Origin: Escherichia phage Bp4
Length of the DNA: 64,000 nucleotides
Reading direction: 5' to 3' (one strand)
Sequence record: NC_024142.2
How positions within the stretch are numbered: the first letter of the stretch is position 1; every line of letters begins with the position of its first letter. Positions 19,780 through 30,900 of this stretch are shown here, in pieces. A program made the position numbers and the translations under genes. The notes beneath the pieces were generated by a model, which saw only the letters and a list, made by a program, of their open reading frames with translations, searched no databases and had not been told where the DNA came from.

Positions 19780-20916
19780 ATGGGCTTATTCAGTGGGAAG
19801 ACTAAAGTATACGTAGCATCCTCTGTCTATAACATGGCAGGGGATATACACAAACGTCCTAACTATATGAAGACTGTAGTCATCGGTAACATTGTTTCCA
19901 ATACAGGATTCACTATGGCAGACACTATCTCTGATAGTTATCTGAATGGACCTGGTATTCGTATGCGATTGTTCTCCAGCTGGAGTAAGAACCACTATGA
20001 TTCAGAAGTTGGTATGGCTGGTTCTTCGTTGGGTGTATTGGCTAAGATTGACCCTACTGTTATAGAGGGTCAAATTACACCACCTGCTGGAGAGTCTGTC
20101 TATGTTCAGGCAGCAGAAATTGGCTTTGCTGACTTTGAGCAATGGTGTGACCAATATCTTTATGAAAATGCTCCTAGTCGAATCATGGAACGATTCGACA
20201 TAGACATCAATGAAGATACTAATGAAATTACTATGACCTCCCTGGATGGTGGTTCTACTATTAAATTCACACCTACTAACTTTGAACCAGGTGCTTTGTA
20301 TCTCTATGCTGATTACTCATTCTATAAGTCCCCGTCTATCAATCCACCGGTAGAGGGACCGACTACTGTCTATGATGATGAGGATGACTTACCTTCTACT
20401 TTGTTATGGACTACTGTTTCAAGTGATACAACAGCTAATACAACTAATCTCACTAAGACTATACAGACTCATTCTGTTTATTCTGATGGTAGACCAGATG
20501 AAGACAGTACTGTCACCGAACCAAGTGTAGATAACTGGAACTCTTACATTAAGGTTTACCGTAGAGGATTCACTGAAAAACCTGATGACGTAACTGTAGT
20601 TGTATCTGACAGGGTAATGACTCATAAAAAGTTTGGTGAGATTCAATCCAGTACTTCTGTAACTACCAATGTAGTTGATATAGGTGGTGGTGTTACTCGT
20701 ACCGATACAATCACTACAACCACAGAGACACTGGTTCGTAAGTATTCCTCCCAGACTACTCGTACAGATACAGAGATGACTGCTGTTGGTACACCTAAGC
20801 TGCTTATCTATAAGCAGAACTCTGGTAACGTTGCACTAGACTCACTGTTCGATACCGAAGCTACTGATAACCGATTCTACCATTCATTCCAATCAGGAAT
20901 GATAAGCAATGGGTAG
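19780..20916 (+). CDS. virion structural protein (hypothetical)
   Basis: 378-aa Ser/Thr-rich ORF. Confidence 0.5.
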   Translation: MGLFSGKTKVYVASSVYNMAGDIHKRPNYMKTVVIGNIVSNTGFTMADTISDSYLNGPGIRMRLFSSWSKNHYDSEVGMAGSSLGVLAKIDPTVIEGQITPPAGESVYVQAAEIGFADFEQWCDQYLYENAPSRIMERFDIDINEDTNEITMTSLDGGSTIKFTPTNFEPGALYLYADYSFYKSPSINPPVEGPTTVYDDEDDLPSTLLWTTVSSDTTANTTNLTKTIQTHSVYSDGRPDEDSTVTEPSVDNWNSYIKVYRRGFTEKPDDVTVVVSDRVMTHKKFGEIQSSTSVTTNVVDIGGGVTRTDTITTTTETLVRKYSSQTTRTDTEMTAVGTPKLLIYKQNSGNVALDSLFDTEATDNRFYHSFQSGMISNG

Positions 20917-21107
20917 AGAATGACCCAATCTATCCATACTGTAAGAAAGCTCTTTATAAAGCTACCGGTGGAAAAATTGATAAGGTAGTAACAGAGCTTA
21001 AGAAGAATGATGATATAGGTGATATTCAGTACATTTATGGCACATTTGGCGTATCTCTTAATACTCCTGAAGATACTGCTAAGGAATACATCTACCGTTT
21101 CTTTCAG

Positions 21108-22433
21108 ATGGCTACTGAAGCATTCCCACCTGACCCAACCTATCCAACCTTGGAGGCAGTGATTGCAGGTTATCAGGCAGCTAATGATGCAGTTGATGCA
21201 TATGTAGAATGGTGGAATAGGACTGAAGGGCACACTATTGGAACTCCTCCACCACTGCCAGAATACCCAGTCATACCTAAGAGAGAATTTAGGGTACATA
21301 GTAATAAGCATTACAAGTATGACATGACCATTGGTTGGAATTACGTATCTGAAACTACCCACTCAGGGCAAGCATGGTCTGGTGCTAAGCAAGGACAACT
21401 TCGAGCCAGGTATGCAGGGGATATAACTCTTACTCGCAAGAACATACGAACTGCTAGTAACTCCGGTTCAGCTAAGAAGTTAGAGGTTACCACTACATTC
21501 TATTCTATGCAGGAGTATGAACTGCTTTGGCAGGATGGTAATAACACTTACCGTAAACTCAGAGTACTGGGTCTAAATCACAATAACAGGGTATATAAGA
21601 ATAAGTCAGTGCATATTGATGTTGCCGAAGCAATGGGTGATGCAGAGGAGAGTGGGTTCATTATTCCACTACATACTAACATCTATCGTTCAATGTCACT
21701 GATTCGAAGTACTCAGCTATCCACTGCCTGCTCCTACTTAGTGATGAACTCATATAAGAAGGTTAAGCAGAAGTGGTATCAAACATCTGCCTTTAAGATT
21801 GTGGTTGTTGTGGTTGCTGTCGTTGTATCCGTATTCACTATGGGTACTGGTGGTGCAGGTATACTTGGGGCATATGGAGCAGTTGGGGCGTCACTCGGTT
21901 TTGTTGGATTAGCTGCTGTAATAGTAGGTGCTGTAGCAAACGCCATTGCTGCAATGATTCTGGTATCTATTATCACTAAAGTATCCACTTCACTCTTTGG
22001 TGATAAGCTAGGTTTTATCATTGCTGCTGTTGCTTCAATGGTAGCTATGAATGTTGGTACTGCTCTATCTACTGGTTCATCCTTATCTACCTTAGCCAGT
22101 GAAATGATGAATGCTCAGAACATCATGCAGCTTACCAGTTCAGTAGGTAATGGTATTAGCCAGTATATTAATGCATCTACGGCTGCTACTATTCAGAAAG
22201 CAGAGAAAGTAATGCAGCAGTACAATACTGATATGATGGCAATCAATAAGCAGTATGAAGAGATGTTTGGTACTGCTGGGCAGGGTGTAATTGACCCTAT
22301 GCAATTTGTGTCAATGGAGTCGATGGATTCTTTCCTCTCACGTACTCTCATGACTGGTTCGGATATAGCTGACATGTCTTTAAACATGATTGGAAGCTAC
22401 TCTGATATGACTCTTAATACTGACCTTGTTTAA
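21108..22433 (+). CDS. virion protein with central multi-TM/Gly-Ala-rich region (ejection-protein candidate)
   Basis: ~100-aa hydrophobic block VVVVAVVVSVFTMGTGGAGILGAYGAVGASLGFVGLAAVIVGAV…. Confidence 0.5.
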   Translation: MATEAFPPDPTYPTLEAVIAGYQAANDAVDAYVEWWNRTEGHTIGTPPPLPEYPVIPKREFRVHSNKHYKYDMTIGWNYVSETTHSGQAWSGAKQGQLRARYAGDITLTRKNIRTASNSGSAKKLEVTTTFYSMQEYELLWQDGNNTYRKLRVLGLNHNNRVYKNKSVHIDVAEAMGDAEESGFIIPLHTNIYRSMSLIRSTQLSTACSYLVMNSYKKVKQKWYQTSAFKIVVVVVAVVVSVFTMGTGGAGILGAYGAVGASLGFVGLAAVIVGAVANAIAAMILVSIITKVSTSLFGDKLGFIIAAVASMVAMNVGTALSTGSSLSTLASEMMNAQNIMQLTSSVGNGISQYINASTAATIQKAEKVMQQYNTDMMAINKQYEEMFGTAGQGVIDPMQFVSMESMDSFLSRTLMTGSDIADMSLNMIGSYSDMTLNTDLV

Positions 22434-22446
22434 CAGGAGAATCCCT

Positions 22447-22890
22447 ATGGATTTGTCATTCTTAACAGGCAACCAAACCCCACAGCCAGCTGCTATGTCT
22501 TGGATGTCTAATAACAATCAGAATTTTAATACCCCAGCTATGAACTACAATCCGGGTGCAGCTATTGGTATGAATGCAGGTACAGGAGTAGCCTCCCCTA
22601 CTTCCTTCTTGTCTGGTTCAGCTAATCAGTTGGGTATGAATGTACCCACCTTCCAACTAGGACTCGGTGCACTTGGTTCCTTAGCTGGTATCTATAGTGG
22701 TTTCCAGGCTAACAAGTTAGCCAAAGACCAGCTGAACTTTACTAAGAGTGTTACTAACACTAACCTGAATAACCAGATTAAGTCTTATAACACTGCACTG
22801 GAAGACCGTGCTCGTAGCCGTGCTACAGCAGAAAATCGTGACCAGTCTTCGGCTGATGCTTATATTGCAGCCAATAAACTAACCCGTTAA
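22447..22890 (+). CDS. virion protein (hypothetical)
   Basis: ATG at 22447 preceded by AACAGGAGAA. Confidence 0.5.
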   Translation: MDLSFLTGNQTPQPAAMSWMSNNNQNFNTPAMNYNPGAAIGMNAGTGVASPTSFLSGSANQLGMNVPTFQLGLGALGSLAGIYSGFQANKLAKDQLNFTKSVTNTNLNNQIKSYNTALEDRARSRATAENRDQSSADAYIAANKLTR

Positions 22891-22902
22891 TAGGAAACCA
22901 CC

Positions 22903-23769
22903 ATGGCTCAGATAACGTGGAGAAATGTTGATGCACCTAACTTCTCTGGAGTTGGTGACAGCATTCGCACATTTGGTAGCATGATTGGTAACGCCACCTC
23001 CGGCTTAAGTGATGCACTGGGTAATTTCCAGAACGCTGCCAAGCAGGAGGCTGGCAATGCCGTCATGATGAATGCTATGCAGTACCAAGACCCGAATGAG
23101 TACCGTAATGCTTTGGCATCTGGTGCACTGTTTCAGGGGGTTGATCCTTCACTGGTAAATCAGCGTACCCTCCAAAACCTGGATGAACGAGCAGGTACAT
23201 TACTGACACAACAAGGACAGCAGGGAACCAATGACTACATTGCTTATCGCTTTGGTCGTTTACAGGATACTAACACTGCATTAGATAATGCTTCCCCGGC
23301 TATTCGTTTACTGTCTGAGGCTTATCAGTCCGGTGACCAGAACCGTATTAATGCTGCATTAAGTCAGACCCGTGATGCACTGTCTGCACTCCCTGCTGAC
23401 CAACAACTGGAGATGATGGGTCGTCTACAAGGTCAGGGTGGTCAGGCTATTAATCAGGCACAGAATCGTTTTGATTTAGGTGTTGCTCAACGTAATGATG
23501 CTGACAGTCAGGCAGCTATGGGTGTAATGTCACAGATTACCCGTGGTGCTGAGAACCTAATGATGCCCGTCTGTTGGCAGAAGCATACAGTAAGAACTTG
23601 TCCCCAGTTGCACAGGCACGTTTACAGAGTTTACTGGCTAGTACTTACCGGTGTATACGGCAATGGCGTAGGTGCTGCGTCTGCTCCTGGTACTGCTGGT
23701 ACTCGTCAGGGTTCCCCTTACGATGTTACTTACCAGTTTGCCGGTACATCTACCCTATTACTCAAATGA
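22903..23769 (+). CDS. internal virion protein (hypothetical); about 30 codons read out of frame between 23555 and 23650
   Basis: Open frame, but an alternate frame reads protein-like (EPNDARLLAEAYSKNLSPVAQARLQSLLASTY) where the annotated frame reads Cys/Trp/His-rich. Confidence 0.45.
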   Translation: MAQITWRNVDAPNFSGVGDSIRTFGSMIGNATSGLSDALGNFQNAAKQEAGNAVMMNAMQYQDPNEYRNALASGALFQGVDPSLVNQRTLQNLDERAGTLLTQQGQQGTNDYIAYRFGRLQDTNTALDNASPAIRLLSEAYQSGDQNRINAALSQTRDALSALPADQQLEMMGRLQGQGGQAINQAQNRFDLGVAQRNDADSQAAMGVMSQITRGAENLMMPVCWQKHTVRTCPQLHRHVYRVYWLVLTGVYGNGVGAASAPGTAGTRQGSPYDVTYQFAGTSTLLLK

Positions 23770-24029
23770 GTATTGGTGATGTAATTAAACACCAGGATGG
23801 TATGAAGTCGAATCAAGGTGCTTCACCTGTTGGTGCATTCCAGATTAACCAAGCTACTCTGAAAGACTTCGCTCCCAAAGTTCTTGGTTCAGATTGGCAA
23901 AGCCAGCCTCTTTCTCCTGAGAACCAGGATAAGATTGGTAAGGCTATCTTCGAGTCTCGTAAGAACGGTAACCTTAAAGATACTTGGGCTGCTCTGCCTA
24001 ACTCTACCCAGGTGCTTATAAGGATATGA
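23766..24029 (+). CDS. hypothetical protein, ATGA-coupled to neighbours
   Basis: ATG overlaps the upstream stop (ATGA); 87 aa. Confidence 0.4.
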   Translation: MSIGDVIKHQDGMKSNQGASPVGAFQINQATLKDFAPKVLGSDWQSQPLSPENQDKIGKAIFESRKNGNLKDTWAALPNSTQVLIRI

Positions 24030-24862
24030 CTTGGGAACAGATTAAACCTGTTATTGCTCAAGCTGAAGTAGGGGCTGACCCACTTGCTATGGTTCAGAAT
24101 AATCAAGGTAATCAGGCAGTATCTACTCTGGCTCAGGGTATGATTGGTACTCGTTCTATGCAGGATAACACTGGTAGTCTTAACACAGACTTCCTTGGTA
24201 CTGTCACTGATAATACCCCAGTAGGTGAGATTGCTAATCGTTTGCTGGAGGGTGATTTTAAAGGTGCTGACCGTAACTGGGTACTGAATCGACTGAACGA
24301 TATTTCTCAACGTGGGAATATGTCACCTGCTATGGCTGCTGCTGTTATGCAACGTGCACAGACTGGTGTACCAGAGGGTTATATTAGTCGTGCTATTGAT
24401 GCAGTTAATCCATTCATTACCAATGAAGCAGGTAATGGTATGCGTCTTAATGACCGTCAGGTAGAACAGTTAATCGAGGGTGTGAAACGGGGTGAACCAC
24501 TGGAAGGTAGTGTTCGTAACCTTGGTCGTGCTCAAGCTATGCAGAATATTCAGGCGGCACAGACTGCATATGATGCTGCTGTAGCTGCACTGGCAAATAC
24601 CCAGAATAAGATTAACACCGGACAAAGCGGTCTTACTGCTCTTTTACCTGCACGTCAGGAGGCTGTTACTAAAGCTGCTGCAATGCTCCAAGCTGCACAG
24701 GCACAAGTACAGGCTGACCCAGCTAACCTGGCTCCAAGAGGTTTCCAGTCACAGGCTAGTGTGGATAGAGCACGAGCCAAGGAAGATGAAGAACGTGCTG
24801 CACGGTACTTACGTCAGGCACAAGGACTGCCTGAGTATATGCAACCCAGACAAAATCGGTAA
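24026..24862 (+). CDS. internal virion protein (hypothetical)
   Basis: 278-aa Ala/Gln-rich ORF, ATGA-coupled. Confidence 0.5.
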   Translation: MTWEQIKPVIAQAEVGADPLAMVQNNQGNQAVSTLAQGMIGTRSMQDNTGSLNTDFLGTVTDNTPVGEIANRLLEGDFKGADRNWVLNRLNDISQRGNMSPAMAAAVMQRAQTGVPEGYISRAIDAVNPFITNEAGNGMRLNDRQVEQLIEGVKRGEPLEGSVRNLGRAQAMQNIQAAQTAYDAAVAALANTQNKINTGQSGLTALLPARQEAVTKAAAMLQAAQAQVQADPANLAPRGFQSQASVDRARAKEDEERAARYLRQAQGLPEYMQPRQNR

Positions 24863-24872
24863 TACTAATAAA

Positions 24873-24895
24873 AGCCCTACGGGGCTTTTTCTTTA
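24873..24895 (+). terminator. intrinsic terminator upstream of the giant ORF
   Basis: AGCCC-TACG-GGGCT followed by TTTTTCTTT. Confidence 0.6.
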
Positions 24896-24955
24896 ACTGG
24901 CTTACTGTAGAGTAAGTTACCTATATACGATATAAGTTTGAACAGGAAACATGCT

Positions 24956-27900
24956 ATGTCAACATTTGACCGTCTGGCAGGTTTCGCAGACAGCATCACT
25001 AATGCTAAGCAAGTCGATGTCTCTACTGCAACCTCTCAGAAGCAAGCTGCACAAGGGCAAAGCCCTTTCCAATTAACCCCAGAGAATGCTTACAATCTCC
25101 AGACTGGACGAGTAGGTAATCTTGGAATCGGTGCATTCGAACCAGGTTCACTTCAGGCAGATTTCACTCAAGCCTCCCCATTAGAAATCATTAATAAGTA
25201 CGGTAATGAGCAAGGTTTACAAATTCTTAATAGCCGAGCTAATGCTGCTGATGTTGTACGTCAGGACTTATCTAAACAACGTACTAACGCAGAAGCATTT
25301 GGCGATACTCTTTCTGGTGTTGGTCTTGGTGTTGCTAATACCCTTGGGGGCATTGCTGCTCTTGGTACAGGCTTGGTCAATGATAATGCCGGGGCATCCA
25401 TTGCTTCCGGTCTTGACTGGTTGAATAAAGGTGTACACAACCTACAGTCTGATGCACTGAATGCTCGTCGTAATGTAGTACAGAACCAGAACGTAATATC
25501 TGCTCAAGAGAATGAGAAACTCTATAAGCAAGATATTGCTAAAGGAGAAAGTGAACTCGTTGCTTCTCTGTCTCGTATTGGACGAGATGCCTATGATTCT
25601 GTTGCTAACACCCTGTCTAATGACATGGCTGCTACAGATGGCCTGGCTGAAGGTGTTGGTTCATTCTTTACTGGCGGTCCACTTATCCGTGGTGTATCTG
25701 CACTTGGTAAAGTAATGGTAGGTGGTGATAAAGCTGTTAAGGGTATTACCTTAGCTGCTGAATTAGGTTATCGTCCTGCACGTATTGCACAGACTGCTGG
25801 TCGTGTTGCTGCACCTGCTATAGCAATTGGTGGTATGGAAGCTGGTGGTGCATACCAACAGACTGCTAATGAAATTATGGAAATGCCATTCAGTGAACTG
25901 GCTGCTAAATCTCCTGTATACCAACAGCATATTAAAGACGGTCTGTCTCCTGAAGAAGCACGTCGCCAGACTGCATCTGAAACAGGTATCACTGCTGCTG
26001 GCTTAACTGCTCCAGTTGCTGCTCTTACTGCTCCACTGGTATCCAAGTTTGAACTTAACCCACTTAAGGTAGGTTCACTGGCTGGTGCTGGTTCTAACAT
26101 GCTGCGTGAGACTGTAGAAGAAGGTATCCAGTCTGGTACAAGTCAGTTTGCACAAAACAAGGCAATTCAGGGCAATGTAGATGCTGAGCGTGATTTGCTT
26201 AAAGGTGTGGGTGAACAAACTGGTCTGGGTGCATTGTATGGCTTCGGTTCTGCTGGAGTTGCTCAAGCTCCTGGTGCAACTGTTAAGGCTGCTGGTGCTG
26301 CCGTTGGTCCTGCTGTACGTACTACCCTGGCTGGTGCTTCTTTGGCTGGTAAGGCACTAGCAAAAGTAGCTTCACCTATTACTAACATCCTGGTTCAACG
26401 TGGGGAAGAAGTTGCTAAGCGTAATGAACAAGCATCCCCCGTATCTGATGCTACGGTTAACGCTGCTGCACAAGAAGCTACTGCTCAGGCAGAACAAGCT
26501 CAAGCAACTGTTCAGGAAGCAGTGGATGCAATGGATATTTCTCCAGAAGAGAAAGCTGCTGCTACCCAGTATGCTGCTGACTTAACTCAGGCAATGAAGT
26601 TTGACCCGGTAGAATTGGAACAAACTAACCCAGCAATCCGTGAAGCTGTTTCTGGTTCCACTAACCGTGTAGAAGCTATTCAGAAGATGGCTGACTTGGT
26701 TAATACTGCCGAAGACCCTAACGTTCAAATGGAAGCTGCAATCCAGATGTATGACAATATCATGTCTATGGATAGCTTCATTAACCGTGACCCGGGTGCT
26801 TTGGCTAATCTGGAACAAGGTTCCCCTGCTGCTGCAATCGTAGACCAATTCTCCGGCCTGATGGCTAACGTACAGAATACCCCTAAAGTACTCCGTGCAT
26901 TTCGTGCCATCCATTCCATGATTCAGGAACAGGCTGAAGCGGGTAAGCTGAAAGCTACTGAAGAAGCTAATCAAGCCCAAGCAAACAACATTGCTATGGC
27001 TGCTGATGTATCTCCAGAAGTGCTGGATGCAGATTCAGTGAACATGGTTCTGAAACATGCAAGTGAAGGTAAGATTACACTGGGGAATCGTCAACGTGCT
27101 GCCCTGCAATCTGCTGCTGCCTTATTACAGGGTGCACGAGAGTTCGACGCTAAAGCAGAAGAACTAGGCTTACGTCCTCAAGATATTGTTAGTAAACAGA
27201 TTAAAACCGATGAGTCTCGTTCTAATGAAGGACAGTACTCTGCGTTGCAACATGCGAAACGCATTCGTTCTGCGTATAACTCTGGTAACTTCGATTTGGC
27301 CTCCGCTTATCTGAGCGATTTTATGAAGTTCGCCCAGCACATGCAGAATAAGGTCGGAGCGTTGAATGAGCATCTGATTTCGGGGAATGCGGATAAGAAT
27401 AAGTCTGTTCATTATCAGGCTCTCTCGCCTTCCCGTGAATGGGTACGTAGTCGTACTGGCCTCGGTGTCAATCCTTACGATACCAAGTCTGTTAAGTTTG
27501 CCCAGCAAGTAGCACTGGAAGCTAAGACCGTAGCTGACATTGCTAACGCACTTGCTACGGCTTACCCGGAGCTTAATGTTTCTCATGTGAAAGTTACCTC
27601 GTTGGATTCACGTCTGAACAAGCCAGCTGCCCAGGTAGTTAAAGAGTTCCGTCAAGGTGGTCTTGATGCCACTCAGTCTCAACAGACTAATGAACCAGTG
27701 AATCAGGTTGATGAAACTCCTGCACTAGTGCAAGAGGACACCACTACTGTACAGCCTAAAGATAAACTAGTGGTAGAAAATAAGACTGCTCCTACTAAAG
27801 AGACTAGTCCAAAAGCAGAAGAAGTCTCTACTACTGAATCTGAAAGAGATGCTTATGTGAAAGAAAATACTATTTCACAGGAAATTCTTAATAAGAATGG

Positions 27901-30900
27901 TGACCGTAGAGAAAGCCCTTGGTTGTTTGCTGATGGTACTGTGGTTGGTTCTAATGGCGACCATATCAGCCTGTCCGACGTATTTGGGCATGATGGTTAT
28001 CGTGATATGTCTCTGGATACTGGTGCTATTCGCTCTACCTTCTATAAAGGTAGTGAGCAACCATTTGTATCTCTGCAACTGTTTGATAATCAGAAACTGA
28101 CTGCTGAACAATTCAATACTGTTCAATCTTTCGTTGAAGCAAACAATGCACTGATTCAGGTTGGTGTAGATACGTCTGGGCGTAATACCAATAATGTTGA
28201 GAAGGAAGAAGTATCACTAGCTCAACTGAAAGCAGACTATACCGTCGGTGGTAAACCTCTATCGGAAATGGAAACAGTGTTCCCTGTTTATAACAATGAC
28301 AAGACACCGAACCAGTTCATTAAATCATTCTCTCTTCCAGAAGAACCTAAGTCTCGTACCATTGGTTCCGAATCTCCTTTGACTGATGTTAAGAAAGCAC
28401 TGTCTTCTGCTGCTCGCTTTGAAGCATTTACTCAAAAAGAAAATAACGCTCTCACAAGTGATGTGATTAAGCGTTACCAGGACTTATTTGAGTTTGGTGA
28501 AACTCTGAAGACTACTCTGTCTGACCGTCTGGCTAAGTTCCTTGCTAACAAGAACGTTGGTAAACGTTTTGCGGAAGGTACTGAGGCTAACCGTTGGGTA
28601 GGTGGTAAGTTACTTAACATCGTAGAGAAAGATGGTGACACCTTTAAGTTCAATGACCAGCTATTAGAAACTGCTGTACTTGCTGGTCTGCAATGGCGAT
28701 TGACTGCTACACAGAATGCTGCTGTTAAAGACATGAAAGACGTAGCTGCTATTACTGGTGTGGAAGCATCTCTGCTACCAGAAGGTATTCTGGCTGACTT
28801 CGAGAATGCTCAGACCCTGGTTGAAGCTACTAACTCACTAGCTCAAAAGATTGAATCCTATTGGGGTTTGAATCGTAATCCTAATGCACCTTTGGGGTAT
28901 ACCAAGGGTATCCCAATGGCAATGGCTACAGAGATTCTGTCTTCCCTTATTGAGATGGGTGAAGTTAAAGAGTCCATGTTAGATGTGTCTGAGATTGACC
29001 CAGAATCTAATAAGACTGTTGGTCTGTATACCATTGAGAAGCTGGATGATAACGATGCCATTAATAAATTCCCTACTGCTATTGAGGAAACTGTCCTTTT
29101 AGAACCAGTAGAGAAATTGTATCTGGGTGATGACATTCCTTCCGTGGCTCAAACTCAGTTACGTAACCCGGCTGTTAAGAATACCCCGGAACAGAAAGCT
29201 GCTCTCAAAGCAGAACAAGCTACTGAGTTTCGTGTACATATGCCGATGGTTAATTTCTATGAAGCATTGGGTCGTGACAACATTCTGGAGTTAATGGGTG
29301 CTGGTGCTCTTAATCCAGAATTGCTGAATGTGAATACTGCTAAGTCTCTGGAAGGTAAAAACCTGTCCGTGTCCATGGCGTATGATTCCTTGTTTGGTGT
29401 AATCAATCAAATTAAGGAACAGGAGAATGGACTGGATACACCTATTCACTATGGCTACAACATGACCCGTGTAGGTCGTATGCAGATGCTTGGTAAGAAC
29501 AACCCACAGTCCAGCAAACTGGTACGTGAAGCAATCTTACCAACCTTCTCTACCATCGACTTGAGTAATGAAAACAGTCAAACGTTCTCTGACTTCCAGT
29601 TAGGTCTGGCTCAGGCATTGGGCATCAAAGTTCATAAAATGTCCCGTGAAGTTATGTCGGATGAGCTGACTAAAGCTCTGGAAGGTAAATTGAAACCTGC
29701 CGTTGATATGATGGTCGAGTTTGATAAGTCTGGTCACTTACCTGCTGATGCAGTGGATATTCTGAAGACTTCCTTGGGGAATGATAAATCATTCGTAGCT
29801 CTTATGGCCCTGATGGAATATGCCCGTTACCTGAATAGTGATGATCGTGCCAACTTTAATACCCCACTGTACGTTGAAGCCGATGGTGTAACCAATGGAC
29901 CAATTAACGCAATGGTATTAATGACTGGTGGTAAGTTTACTTCAGACTGGATTAAGAATACTGCTAAGGGTGGTTTGTTCTTTGGTAAAGCTGGCAAGAC
30001 TATGAACGAACACCATTCGCACGAGGATAGTGTTGACCTGTATGAAGCATCCACTAATAGTCTGCAACAGGCACTGAATGAATTACGTAATAATTACCGT
30101 AACAACGTTCCTGTTACGAATCAGATGAAGCATCTTCAGAAGTTAATGGACCTGTTCATTAAAGACTTCAATCTTAATGAAGATGGTACTCTGGACCTGA
30201 AACGTGGTATCGCTAAAAACCCACTGACCATTACCATCTATGGTTCTGGTGCTCGTGGTATTGCTGGCAAAATGGTAAGTGCAATTACTGATACCATCTA
30301 CGAACGCTTCAGTGACGTTCTACAAGCCCGTGCTGCTGACCCTAGCATTTCCCCAGCTATGGCTATGTTTGGTAAGGAGGCTGCGTCTGAGGCTGATGCT
30401 CAGGCTATGCTGGATACTTTCCTTACTTCTATGGAAGCACTAACTGGTAATGTTCCGGTTATGCGTAAAGGTGAGTTGTCTATTCAGCAGGTAGATGGTG
30501 CTCTGACTGGTAAGTTAGACCCTCAGAAGTTTACTGTATCCGGTAATGCTCTGAAGAACTTACAAGAGAACATGCTTCATCTGTTCGTTGAACCAATGCG
30601 TACTGGTATCCGAAATACCGTGGGTGAAGGTCTGATGTACTCTACTGAGAACTTGCAGAAAGCTACCCAGATTCAATCTCTGGTTCTGCAAGACATGTTC
30701 CAGCAACGTGTTCAGGAGAAACTGGCAGAAAAAGAAAAAGACCCAACATGGAAGAAGGGTGATTTCTTAACACAGAAAGAACTGAATGAAATCCAGGCTT
30801 CATTATCTCCACTGGCTCCAATGATTGAGACTGGTTCACAGACTTTCTACATTGCTGGTAGTGAGAATACTGATGTTGCTAACCAAGTATTGGCTACCAA

